Under the pieces are notes generated by a model, which saw only the letters and a list, made by a program, of their open reading frames with translations, made no database searches and was not told the origin of the DNA. Positions 22,429 to 31,179 of a stretch of 64,000 nucleotides of DNA are shown here, one piece after another. This stretch comes from Prochlorococcus sp. AG-355-B18 (lineage in GTDB: Bacteria; Cyanobacteriota; Cyanobacteriia; PCC-6307; Cyanobiaceae), in contig QCDI01000006.1 of the NCBI GenBank assembly GCA_003280965.1, positions 59,545-123,544 on the forward strand. Direction: 5' to 3'. Position 1 is the first letter of the stretch. Every line of letters begins with the position of its first letter. Made by a program: the position numbers and the translations under genes.

Positions 22429-23031
22429 ATGAATGAAATATATTTAATTGGATTGGGAAATCCTGGTAAAAAATATTCAAAAAGTAGACATAACATAGGA
22501 TTTTTAGTACTTGAAAATCTCTCAAGAAAATATAATTCAAATTTTTTACTAAAAGATAAACTCAAAAGCTCCTGCTCAGAATTTAAAATCAACAATTCCA
22601 CTTACAGATTATTTTTACCTAATACGTTTATGAATAATAGTGGGGATGCTGTCCGAGCAATAGTAGATTGGTACAAAATAAATTTAGACCAAATTTTTAT
22701 AATAGTCGATGATAAAGATCTTCCCCTAGGAAAAATAAGATTCAGAAAAAAAGGGAGCTCGGGTGGACATAATGGGCTTAAAAGTATTATCGAAAAATTG
22801 CAAACTCATGAATTCAATAGAATAAGAATTGGTATTGGATCACCTCCATCAAATAATGAAATAAAGAATTTCAATACTATTTCTCATGTATTAGGAAATA
22901 TTTCCCTAGAAGAAAAATTAATATTGGATAAAGTATATAAGCGGGTAATAGAGTCACTCGAACAAATAAATATTAAAAAAGAAGAACACATAATGAGTGA
23001 ATTAAATTCTTTTGATAAAGATCAAACTTAA
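22429..23031 (+). CDS. pth: Peptidyl-tRNA hydrolase
   Basis: GLGNPG..Y..RHNIGF, FMNNSG, GGHNGLKS. Confidence 0.96.
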   Translation: MNEIYLIGLGNPGKKYSKSRHNIGFLVLENLSRKYNSNFLLKDKLKSSCSEFKINNSTYRLFLPNTFMNNSGDAVRAIVDWYKINLDQIFIIVDDKDLPLGKIRFRKKGSSGGHNGLKSIIEKLQTHEFNRIRIGIGSPPSNNEIKNFNTISHVLGNISLEEKLILDKVYKRVIESLEQINIKKEEHIMSELNSFDKDQT

Positions 23032-23034
23032 CAA

Positions 23035-23292
23035 ATGCGATCAAAACCAGAAACAATAGCCCATTTAAGTGTTAAAGAATATTGCTTTTCAAAAAAGCAA
23101 ATCAAGGGAGTTGTGGAAGCTAGTCAGTTTAAATGGACTTTTATATGGTCTTTTAATAAAGGTTTATTATTTATAAAACCTCCTTTGGGAAAAGCATTAA
23201 TTGAGAATGCCTTATTAAGATTTTTATTGAAAAAAGATTATGAACTAGAGGCAGGTAATGAATATAAGTTCATTATTTCAGCCAAGTTTTAA
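23035..23292 (+). CDS. Conserved cyanobacterial protein (DUF3146-like)
   Basis: PETIAH, PPLGKALI, DYELEAG motifs. Confidence 0.7.
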   Translation: MRSKPETIAHLSVKEYCFSKKQIKGVVEASQFKWTFIWSFNKGLLFIKPPLGKALIENALLRFLLKKDYELEAGNEYKFIISAKF

Positions 23293-23710
23293 AATCTATA
23301 TTTTGATTTAAAGCAAATTTTATTTTGCAATAATCCTCTAAAATTATCAATGCTGATATCGCATCAAGATTTTTATTAAGAATAAAAATATCCCTGGGTA
23401 TTAAAAACTTCAACCCGCTAATGGGAAAAAGTTCGAAATATCTTGATTTTGCTCTGAAAGTAGTATTTTTTTCTTCAAAAATTATTATTTCTTTTTTGAA
23501 GAAATCCATTTTTTTGGTAATCTCTCTACTGGTTGTACCATTACCAATTATGATTTTTGATATATTTTCAACAGCATTTAAATTTCTGACGTAACCCTCA
23601 AGTAATTCACTTCTAATTACGATAGCCTCATAAACTTTTTTTTCACTAATTTCAGCTAAAACTAATCCACATTTACTTTTTCCAGGATCAATACTTATTA
23701 CTTTCGACAT
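23273..23710 (-). CDS. YqgF/RuvX-like RNase H-fold nuclease
   Basis: IDPGKSKCGL, IGNGTTS, D..SA.IILE. Confidence 0.8.
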   Translation of the reverse strand: MSKVISIDPGKSKCGLVLAEISEKKVYEAIVIRSELLEGYVRNLNAVENISKIIIGNGTTSREITKKMDFFKKEIIIFEEKNTTFRAKSRYFELFPISGLKFLIPRDIFILNKNLDAISALIILEDYCKIKFALNQNIDFKTWLK

Positions 23711-24676
23711 TTAAGAAGCTATCTTTATAATATTAATTTCAACGACTATAGGTTCTGCAGTTTTACTATCTCTTAAAGATACTACTTCTAACTTAAATTT
23801 TGTATTTCGATTGTCTTTGAGAAAATCTCTAATTTTTTTTACAAAATTCCCATTAGTACTTATTTCATTAGCTTGTGATCCTTTTGATTTAATTTCATTT
23901 CTTGTTTCTCTAAGGAGTGATTGAATTTTTAAATTTATAGATTTACGATTCAAATCATTTTCCGAAAAAATAGAACTTGTAATAACATCTCCTTTTCTGA
24001 CTATAAATTTATTAACTAATAAATCAGGTGATACAAAAACATAATTATCGCCTTTTAAAACATTTGTTGCTGATTTAATTAATAAAATCCAGTTGCCACC
24101 TTTAGTCGCTACACTTTCAATTTTTGTAATATCACTAGGTCTCCACAAAAGGATGTTTTTTGATTCTTCATTACTTGGGATAACAATTTTACGAACAAAT
24201 TTATCAGCTTCATTATAGATTTTTGCGAGGTCTAATTTTATATTTGAACTTGAATTAATCTCCGCAATAAATAAAGTTTGTCCTCTTTTAATAACAATAT
24301 TCCCTCTCCTAAATTCGTTAATATTATTTTTTAATTGATTTAATTCTTTTTCTTTTTGAAAAATTTTATTTTCAAGTTTCTTTCGTTCTTCTTGCAAAGG
24401 TACAAGAGCTTTTTTACTTTCATCTAAAGTTTTTTGTAAAAAAGGAATATCAACAAAAAGTCTTTGTCTAAATTCTTCACTAACCAAAATCAACAACCCT
24501 ATTGATATCGAACTAATAAACCCACCAGTTATTACAGTTATTATGGTTGCTGTTTTCTTTGGTCTTAATTTTAAGATACTAAATCTTGCTTTACCAATCT
24601 TTGTACCAAGCAGATCCCCAAATGGTGCAATTATTCCTCCGAGTAATATTAGAAAAACAATTAAAATCCAGGCCAC
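23711..24676 (-). CDS. DUF3084-like membrane-anchored coiled-coil protein
   Basis: GD.LG.KIGKAR.SI..LRPK.TA N-terminus followed by coiled coil; downstream of ntcA. Confidence 0.75.
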   Translation of the reverse strand: MAWILIVFLILLGGIIAPFGDLLGTKIGKARFSILKLRPKKTATIITVITGGFISSISIGLLILVSEEFRQRLFVDIPFLQKTLDESKKALVPLQEERKKLENKIFQKEKELNQLKNNINEFRRGNIVIKRGQTLFIAEINSSSNIKLDLAKIYNEADKFVRKIVIPSNEESKNILLWRPSDITKIESVATKGGNWILLIKSATNVLKGDNYVFVSPDLLVNKFIVRKGDVITSSIFSENDLNRKSINLKIQSLLRETRNEIKSKGSQANEISTNGNFVKKIRDFLKDNRNTKFKLEVVSLRDSKTAEPIVVEINIIKIAS

Positions 24677-24715
24677 AGTATTTCACTTACTCGATACATC
24701 ATAATTAATGATGAA

Positions 24716-25450
24716 TCAATTAAATCTTTTTGCAAGAGCTATTGGGTCAAATACTGTGATCTTTTTTCTTTCAATAGTCAGGAGTCCGGAATCCTTTAAA
24801 TCGCCCAATAATCGGGTAATCGTTACTCTTGTTGAGCCAATAGCTTCAGCAATTGCTTGATGTGAAAGTCTTAAATCTATTGTAATACCTTTTTCACTTG
24901 CAACACCAAAGTCTCTACAAAGAACCATTAAAAAACTTACTAAACGAGAAGACATATCTCTATGGGTAAGAGTTTCTATCATTGTTTCTGTCTGTAGGAT
25001 CCTACTTGAAAGACCCTGCAACAACAGTAGTCCTACTGATGCATCTTCCTCTATTGCTCTTAAAACAGAATTCGCAGGAGCTGTTATCATTTCAACTCTT
25101 GTGAATGCTATGGCATGATAAAAACGATCAGATCTATGACCTGTTAGAAGAGATAAAACACCAAAAAGACTATTCTCTCTTAAAAGAGCAACAGTTATCT
25201 CTTCACCTGATTCATACACCCTTGATAACCTTACTGCTCCTCTTCTTATCAGATAAACCCTCTCTGCAGGATCGCCAGGGAAAAATATTGTTTTAGATCT
25301 CTCAACCATTTCTGTGCTTGCACCCTCTAGACCTTTAATTACTTCCATTAAAGTTCTATTTATTGGAAAACGTTCTCCAACAGAGTTAATTTTACTTTGT
25401 CCGGACTGTTGCGAACTAAAGCGGCTGAATCCTCTAGAAGCAGGTATCAT
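24716..25450 (-). CDS. ntcA: Global nitrogen regulator NtcA
   Basis: [50 protein letters not shown]. Confidence 0.97.
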   Translation of the reverse strand: MIPASRGFSRFSSQQSGQSKINSVGERFPINRTLMEVIKGLEGASTEMVERSKTIFFPGDPAERVYLIRRGAVRLSRVYESGEEITVALLRENSLFGVLSLLTGHRSDRFYHAIAFTRVEMITAPANSVLRAIEEDASVGLLLLQGLSSRILQTETMIETLTHRDMSSRLVSFLMVLCRDFGVASEKGITIDLRLSHQAIAEAIGSTRVTITRLLGDLKDSGLLTIERKKITVFDPIALAKRFN

Positions 25451-25470
25451 AAATATTTTTACTATTAAAA

Positions 25471-25512
25471 AATTTAAGGAGACACCTCAAAATATCTTGT
25501 ATCAACAGTAAC
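25471..25512 (-). promoter_or_regulatory. Autoregulatory NtcA promoter of ntcA
   Basis: Minus-strand GTT-ACTGTTGA-TAC (25512-25499), then 22 nt, then TAAATT -10 (25476-25471). Confidence 0.75.
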
Positions 25513-25591
25513 AATTTTCAATTCTTTTTCGTTTCTCTACCAACTTCTCTATGTAATTTTCAAATTTACCAAAGCTTTTTTAAGTAAAATT

Positions 25592-25638
25592 ACACTATAT
25601 GCAGTGTAAATAAATTCAAATTATACTGCATGTAGAAA
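25592..25638 (+). promoter_or_regulatory. Tandem NrdR-box-like operators
   Basis: ACACTATATGCAGTGT (14/16 to acaCwAtATaTwGtgt) and ATACTGCATGTAGAAA (9/16), 31 bp start-to-start, upstream of cobO-like/dcd/thyX. Confidence 0.65.
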
Positions 25639-25653
25639 AGAAATTTAAAAATA

Positions 25654-26235
25654 ATGGTAAACAGTTCAACTAGTAATTATTCCAAAGGTAATCTTGATGT
25701 TGTAAATATAAATACTGCTAACAAAATAAACTTAAAAAAATTTGCACAAAACGGACAAATCCAAATTTATCAATCTCCTCATAGAGGCAGTTATTCCACT
25801 ATTATCAGAGACTCTTTAAGAAATGCAGCGCTCGGCAAAAAAGTACTTTTAATACAATTTATGAAAGGAGGAGTTAAGCAAGGAATTTCTAATGCCATAA
25901 AACTTTGTGGTAATTTAACTTGGGTAAGATCATCAAATTCTTTTGATCAATATAATTCTGAAGAAATTGAAAATAATGAAAATTTAAAGCAATCTATTTT
26001 TGAATCTACTAATGAATTATGGAATTTTTGTAAAAAAGAATTACTTTCAGGCGAGAATGATCAAATCATACTTGATGAAATTTTTCTTGCTATTGAGATG
26101 CAAATTATCGATAAGGATGATTTGATTTCAACACTTGAAAACCGATTTATATCAGGAGATGTAATCCTTACTGGTACATGTATTCCTAACGATCTATTAT
26201 TAATGGCCAACCAAATTACCGAACTTCGCTCATAA
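25654..26235 (+). CDS. CobA/CobO/BtuR-like corrinoid adenosyltransferase homologue (degenerate P-loop)
   Basis: IQFMKGG, IILDEI, VILTG, ANQITELR motifs; canonical GNGKGKT absent. Confidence 0.75.
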   Translation: MVNSSTSNYSKGNLDVVNINTANKINLKKFAQNGQIQIYQSPHRGSYSTIIRDSLRNAALGKKVLLIQFMKGGVKQGISNAIKLCGNLTWVRSSNSFDQYNSEEIENNENLKQSIFESTNELWNFCKKELLSGENDQIILDEIFLAIEMQIIDKDDLISTLENRFISGDVILTGTCIPNDLLLMANQITELRS

Positions 26236-26239
26236 AACA

Positions 26240-26833
26240 ATGCTTAAAAATGATCTCTGGATAAATCAAAAAGCATGTGAGGGGATGATAAATCCGTTCC
26301 AATCAAATTTGGTGAGGCATCTTGAGCCTGATAATCAACAAAAGCCGGTTTTGAGTTATGGATGTTCCTCTTATGGCTATGACTTAAGGCTCTCATCAAA
26401 AGAATTCCTAATTTTTAGACATATTCCTGGTACTGTAATGAACCCTAAAAAGTTTAATCCTAAAAATTTAGAAAAAACTGTTCTTCATCATGATGATGAT
26501 GGAGATTTTTTTATTCTTCCAGCTCACTCCTATGGTTTAGGAGTGGCTTTTGAAAAGATGAAAGTGCCAGAAAATATAACTGTAATATGCATAGGCAAAA
26601 GTACTTACGCGAGATTAGGTATTATAGTTAATACAACGCCTGCTGAAGCAGGATGGGAAGGCCACTTAACATTAGAGTTTAGTAATAGTTCAGGTGCAGA
26701 TTGTAGAATTTATGCTAATGAGGGTATTTGTCAACTACTCTTTTTTGAGGGTGATCCTTGCTCAACTACATATGAGGATAGAAAAGGTAAATATCAAAAT
26801 CAACCAGAGGAAGTAACTTTAGCAAAGATCTAA
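26240..26833 (+). CDS. dcd: dCTP deaminase
   Basis: SYGCSSYGYDLRL, GKSTYARLG, TPAEAGWEG. Confidence 0.95.
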   Translation: MLKNDLWINQKACEGMINPFQSNLVRHLEPDNQQKPVLSYGCSSYGYDLRLSSKEFLIFRHIPGTVMNPKKFNPKNLEKTVLHHDDDGDFFILPAHSYGLGVAFEKMKVPENITVICIGKSTYARLGIIVNTTPAEAGWEGHLTLEFSNSSGADCRIYANEGICQLLFFEGDPCSTTYEDRKGKYQNQPEEVTLAKI

Positions 26834-26835
26834 CA

Positions 26836-27468
26836 ATGAGTAAAGTTGAACTAATTTCGCTAACCCCAGATGCGGAAAAAACAATGGCTTACATTGCTAG
26901 AGTAAGTAATCCAAAAAATCAGAAGAATGAAGACTATTCAAAATTATTGAGCTACTGTATCAAAAATGAACATTGGAGTGTATTTGAACAGTCATTTATG
27001 ACCTTACAAATAGAAACAAACAGAGGAATTGCAGCACAAATTTTAAGACATAGATCATTTACTTTCCAGGAATTTTCACAGAGATATGCAGATAGTTCTC
27101 AATTGGGTAATATACCTGTACCAGAGTTGAGAAGACAAGACTTTAAAAATAGACAAAATTCTATTCCTGACCTCCCTGACGAGTTAAAAAAAAGATTTAA
27201 TGAAAAAATTTCATCACACTTTAATGCTGCTTCAGAATTATATGAAGATTTACTTGCTCAAGGAATAGCTAAAGAATGTGCGAGATTTGTTTTACCCTTA
27301 GCAACTCCAACGAGAATATACATGTCTGGATCATGTAGATCATGGATTCATTATATTCACTTAAGATCAGCTCATGGTACTCAAGAAGAACACAAATCTA
27401 TTGCCCAAAATTGTAAGTCTATTTTTAAGCAAAGTTTTCCTATTGTATCAAAATCTCTTGAGTGGTAA
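26836..27468 (+). CDS. thyX: FAD-dependent thymidylate synthase
   Basis: ThyX signature RHRSFTFQEFSQRY; HWSVFEQ. Confidence 0.96.
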   Translation: MSKVELISLTPDAEKTMAYIARVSNPKNQKNEDYSKLLSYCIKNEHWSVFEQSFMTLQIETNRGIAAQILRHRSFTFQEFSQRYADSSQLGNIPVPELRRQDFKNRQNSIPDLPDELKKRFNEKISSHFNAASELYEDLLAQGIAKECARFVLPLATPTRIYMSGSCRSWIHYIHLRSAHGTQEEHKSIAQNCKSIFKQSFPIVSKSLEW

Positions 27469-27471
27469 TAA

Positions 27472-28017
27472 TCACCCATGAGTCCGAGGATTAACCTTAT
27501 TATTGTTATTTTCTTTAATTACTGAAAATTCAGCACTAAGAATTTTTTCTTCAGATTCGGCTTCTTTCTCTAATTGGTCTATAGAATTTCTTATTTTTAT
27601 TTCTTCTTGTTTGCCAATAAAAGTAGATATTAAATTTCCCTTTTTATCAAAAAGATTAACTTGAGGAATTCCATTAACTTCAAATTTTCGGATGTAATTA
27701 TCCCATTTTTGATTATCAACATTTAAAAAAACAAAATTAATATCTCTTTCATATTCCTCTTTTAAAACAGATATTTTTGGAGCCATTTCTTTGCAAACCT
27801 CACACCACTCGGCATAAAATTCTAGAAAAGTAGGTTTATTGTTTTTAAAAGCTATTTCAGGATCAACAGATGATTCTCCAAATTTCTTAAGAAGGAAAGT
27901 TGATTGAACAAAAAGATTTTTAAACAAAACCAAAGAAATAATAAGAAAAGCAATAGACAAAACAAGTATTGCTTTTAAATTTTTATTTAAAAGTGGCTCA
28001 TTACTCTCTGATTGCAT
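27472..28017 (-). CDS. txlA: Membrane-anchored thioredoxin-like protein TxlA/HCF164
   Basis: N-terminal TM, EFYAEWCEVC active site, VNGIP. Confidence 0.85.
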   Translation of the reverse strand: MQSESNEPLLNKNLKAILVLSIAFLIISLVLFKNLFVQSTFLLKKFGESSVDPEIAFKNNKPTFLEFYAEWCEVCKEMAPKISVLKEEYERDINFVFLNVDNQKWDNYIRKFEVNGIPQVNLFDKKGNLISTFIGKQEEIKIRNSIDQLEKEAESEEKILSAEFSVIKENNNNKVNPRTHG

Positions 28018-28153
28018 TAAAAATACTTACTAACTAAAGTCATCATAAATAAGATGAATAAATAAAGAGAATTTAAATCCTTTCCCTTTTAATCAACTGA
28101 TAAAATAAGAACTGAATAATGATCAAAATATCTTTTATTCCCGAAATTTTATT

Positions 28154-29506
28154 ATGCAATCAATCTTTGGTACTGATGGAATAAGAGGAATATTTAATGA
28201 AGAAATAACTTATGCTCTAGCTTATAAAGTTGGATATTCTCTAGGTTCAAATTTGGAAAATAATAATCCAATATTAATTGGAAGAGATACAAGGATTAGT
28301 GGAGATATTCTGCTTCAGGCAATAACAAGAGGTATAAATGAAAGTGGCAAAAAATTTATAAATCTTGGAATTTGCCCAACCCCAGCTATCCCTTTTTTAA
28401 TCAAAAAAGAGAAGCTGAGTAGTGGGATAATGATATCTGCGAGCCATAATCCTCCTGAATATAATGGCATAAAAATTTTTGACCATAATGGTCAAAAAAT
28501 CACCAAAATTTTTGAAAATAAAATTCAAAAATCAATTGAAGAGTTAAATCCAAATTTAACCGATAGCACAAAAGAGATCTCTTTAAAAAAAAATAAAGAG
28601 CTTATGGATATTTATATCAAAAACCTAATAAAAACAATGGGTGGAGAAAATCTAAACGGTATGAAAATAATATTAGACACATGCTATGGATCAGCAACTA
28701 CCTGTGCAAAAAAAATTTTTCAAAATCTTGGTGCTGATGTCAGAGTTATCAATAACAGTAAAAATGGATTAAAAATTAATGTGAATTGTGGTTCTACTAA
28801 CCTTGAACCATTAAAAAAAGCATTAAGAGATAGTCCTGCAGATATTGGATTTAGCTTCGATGGGGACGCCGATAGGGTAATTGGAGTGGATTCTAAGGGC
28901 AATATATTGGATGGAGATCATATTCTTTTTCTTTGGGGTAGAGAACTTATGGAACAAAAAAGTCTTACAAATAATTTACTGATATCAACTCAAATGGCAA
29001 ATTTAGGTTTTGAAAAGGCCTGGAATAAAATTGGCGGAATTTTGTATAGAACTGATGTAGGAGATAAATACGTTCACGAAGCTATCGTGAAAAAAAGAGC
29101 AGTATTAGGAGGTGAGCAGTCAGGTCATATACTTTCAAAAATTAATAACTTTTCTGGGGATGGAATATTGACTGCACTTCAAATTTCTAAATACTGTAAA
29201 AAGAAAAATATTACTTTAAATGATTGGCTTAAAAGTAGTTTCGACCCTTTTCCTCAAAAACTAACCAACATTAATTTAGGTTTTAATATTAATAAAATAA
29301 ATCCAAAAACCAAAATATTAATAGATCAAATTATAAAAAATTTTCATGAAATTTATTCGGACAGTTGTAGGATTTATATAAGGCCTAGCGGAACTGAACC
29401 TCTAATGCGCATTCTTGTTGAGGCCAAAAATCAAAAAAAAGTTGATTTTTTATCAAGCGAAATAACAAACAAACTCTATTTAGAAATTAATGCACTAATT
29501 AATTAA
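28154..29506 (+). CDS. glmM: Phosphoglucosamine mutase
   Basis: [35 protein letters not shown]. Confidence 0.93.
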   Translation: MQSIFGTDGIRGIFNEEITYALAYKVGYSLGSNLENNNPILIGRDTRISGDILLQAITRGINESGKKFINLGICPTPAIPFLIKKEKLSSGIMISASHNPPEYNGIKIFDHNGQKITKIFENKIQKSIEELNPNLTDSTKEISLKKNKELMDIYIKNLIKTMGGENLNGMKIILDTCYGSATTCAKKIFQNLGADVRVINNSKNGLKINVNCGSTNLEPLKKALRDSPADIGFSFDGDADRVIGVDSKGNILDGDHILFLWGRELMEQKSLTNNLLISTQMANLGFEKAWNKIGGILYRTDVGDKYVHEAIVKKRAVLGGEQSGHILSKINNFSGDGILTALQISKYCKKKNITLNDWLKSSFDPFPQKLTNINLGFNINKINPKTKILIDQIIKNFHEIYSDSCRIYIRPSGTEPLMRILVEAKNQKKVDFLSSEITNKLYLEINALIN

Positions 29507-29513
29507 TTATGAA

Positions 29514-30143
29514 TCAGATTTTTATATAAATACACTCAAAAATATCAAGTTTATTATCAATAACTAATTTTTCCCTATTAGTTTTAATCTTATTTGGATT
29601 AAAACTTTTAGAGTAATTAAAATCCTTTTTATCTATATTTTTAAAATTAAGATTACTTGATATGGTGCAATCCATATAATCGAATAAGTCCTTTACATCA
29701 GTTTTTATAAAAATTAAGGATCCTTTTTGTAATGAATTTGAGAGAATATTAATAAAATCTGGCTGAATTACACGCCTTTTATAATGTTTCTTTTTAAACC
29801 ATGGATCAGGAAAATTAAAAGAAATACTTTTTACATTTTCGAGAATAAATTTATTTTGCACATCATTCAAAATATTATTAGCATTACCAAATACAAAATA
29901 TAAATTTTTGATTTCTTTTTCTTGCACTCTTAATTTAGCAGTTTTAACTAATCTCTCTCGTATTTCAATTCCCAAATAATTCCAACTGGTATTAACTAAA
30001 GCTAAATCGCATAGAAACTCACCAGCAGCGCAACCTATATCCAAATGAAGATTCAATTTAGAATCACCAAATAGTTCAATCAAAGAGGGAATTCTCTCAA
30101 TTTCATTGAAATTTCTACTAAGGGGATTGACATGCTGTCTCAT
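29514..30143 (-). CDS. trmB: tRNA (guanine-N7)-methyltransferase
   Basis: [29 protein letters not shown]. Confidence 0.93.
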   Translation of the reverse strand: MRQHVNPLSRNFNEIERIPSLIELFGDSKLNLHLDIGCAAGEFLCDLALVNTSWNYLGIEIRERLVKTAKLRVQEKEIKNLYFVFGNANNILNDVQNKFILENVKSISFNFPDPWFKKKHYKRRVIQPDFINILSNSLQKGSLIFIKTDVKDLFDYMDCTISSNLNFKNIDKKDFNYSKSFNPNKIKTNREKLVIDNKLDIFECIYIKI

Positions 30144-30260
30144 ATAATATTTTATTTCTCGCCAGTAATATAAAGATGCATAATATTCATAACTATGACA
30201 ATACTAAGTTAAAGAGTAACGGTTTGATGTTTAATAAATTATGTATATAAAAAAAAAGTT

Positions 30261-30884
30261 TTGAACGTTTTTAATCAACTTTCTATTTGGCTATCTTTTC
30301 AACTTTCAATAATTTTCCTTGTTGGTATTCCTGTTACATTATACTTCTGGTCATTTAAAAAAAGAAATAAAGCTGTTAATAAACTTTTATCAATTTATTG
30401 GAAAATATCTCTTTTATTTTTTATAAGCCTTTTACTTTTAATTGGTAAGTATAATTATGCTCTGTTGATAACAAATATTTCAACATTATTAATTACAATT
30501 TCAATTTGGTTTTGGAACGATATTAATGATGAATTAAAAGAATATGATTTTTCATACTCCCTCGCCACCACCACAAAAATATGGCGATGGTCCCTTACGT
30601 TTATTTCTCTCAATTTCTTAATTCAAAGTATACGGAACTTTAGTTGCTTATCTTTTATTAATTCAGCTGCATGTGAAATTTGGACTGAACCTTCTGCAAA
30701 TTTCTATATAATTATCAAAAATTTATTTAATTTTTTCTTCGGAGCTAACTTTACTCAGCCGATAGCCAAATTTTTAGGGTTATTTTCATTGTTGATCTAT
30801 ACTTTAGGCTTAATTCAATGGTCAATAATTAAATTACCTAAAAATGGAAGAAACTCTTGCTTCTCGGACAATGGCAGAAATTGA
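30261..30884 (+). CDS. DUF3177-like membrane protein
   Basis: IYWKISLL, SIWFW.DINDEL, WRW; hydrophobic. Confidence 0.7.
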   Translation: MNVFNQLSIWLSFQLSIIFLVGIPVTLYFWSFKKRNKAVNKLLSIYWKISLLFFISLLLLIGKYNYALLITNISTLLITISIWFWNDINDELKEYDFSYSLATTTKIWRWSLTFISLNFLIQSIRNFSCLSFINSAACEIWTEPSANFYIIIKNLFNFFFGANFTQPIAKFLGLFSLLIYTLGLIQWSIIKLPKNGRNSCFSDNGRN

Positions 30885-31179
30885 TTTAATAAAAAATCTA
30901 GAAAAAATAAGCTCCGAGATACCCAATAGGATACTAAAAATTCAAGGTTATATTTTAAAAAAAAATCACAAAGAACAATTAGAAATAATTATTTTTAAAG
31001 GTTGCAGCAGCTCAACCACTCATCCAATTGAAATAGATTTAGAGAAAAAAGTTATAGAATTTAGTTATATACTTACAAATTTCAAACTTTATAAGGCACC
31101 CTTGAAAAAAACCAAAGATAACTTTATAAGAGAAAATCGAAACTCTGTTTTCTTTCTGGATAACAGAAATTGGATTTAA
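30844..31179 (+). CDS. Conserved hypothetical protein
   Basis: [13 protein letters not shown] motif; fills spacer convergent to ileS. Confidence 0.65.
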   Translation: MEETLASRTMAEIDLIKNLEKISSEIPNRILKIQGYILKKNHKEQLEIIIFKGCSSSTTHPIEIDLEKKVIEFSYILTNFKLYKAPLKKTKDNFIRENRNSVFFLDNRNWI

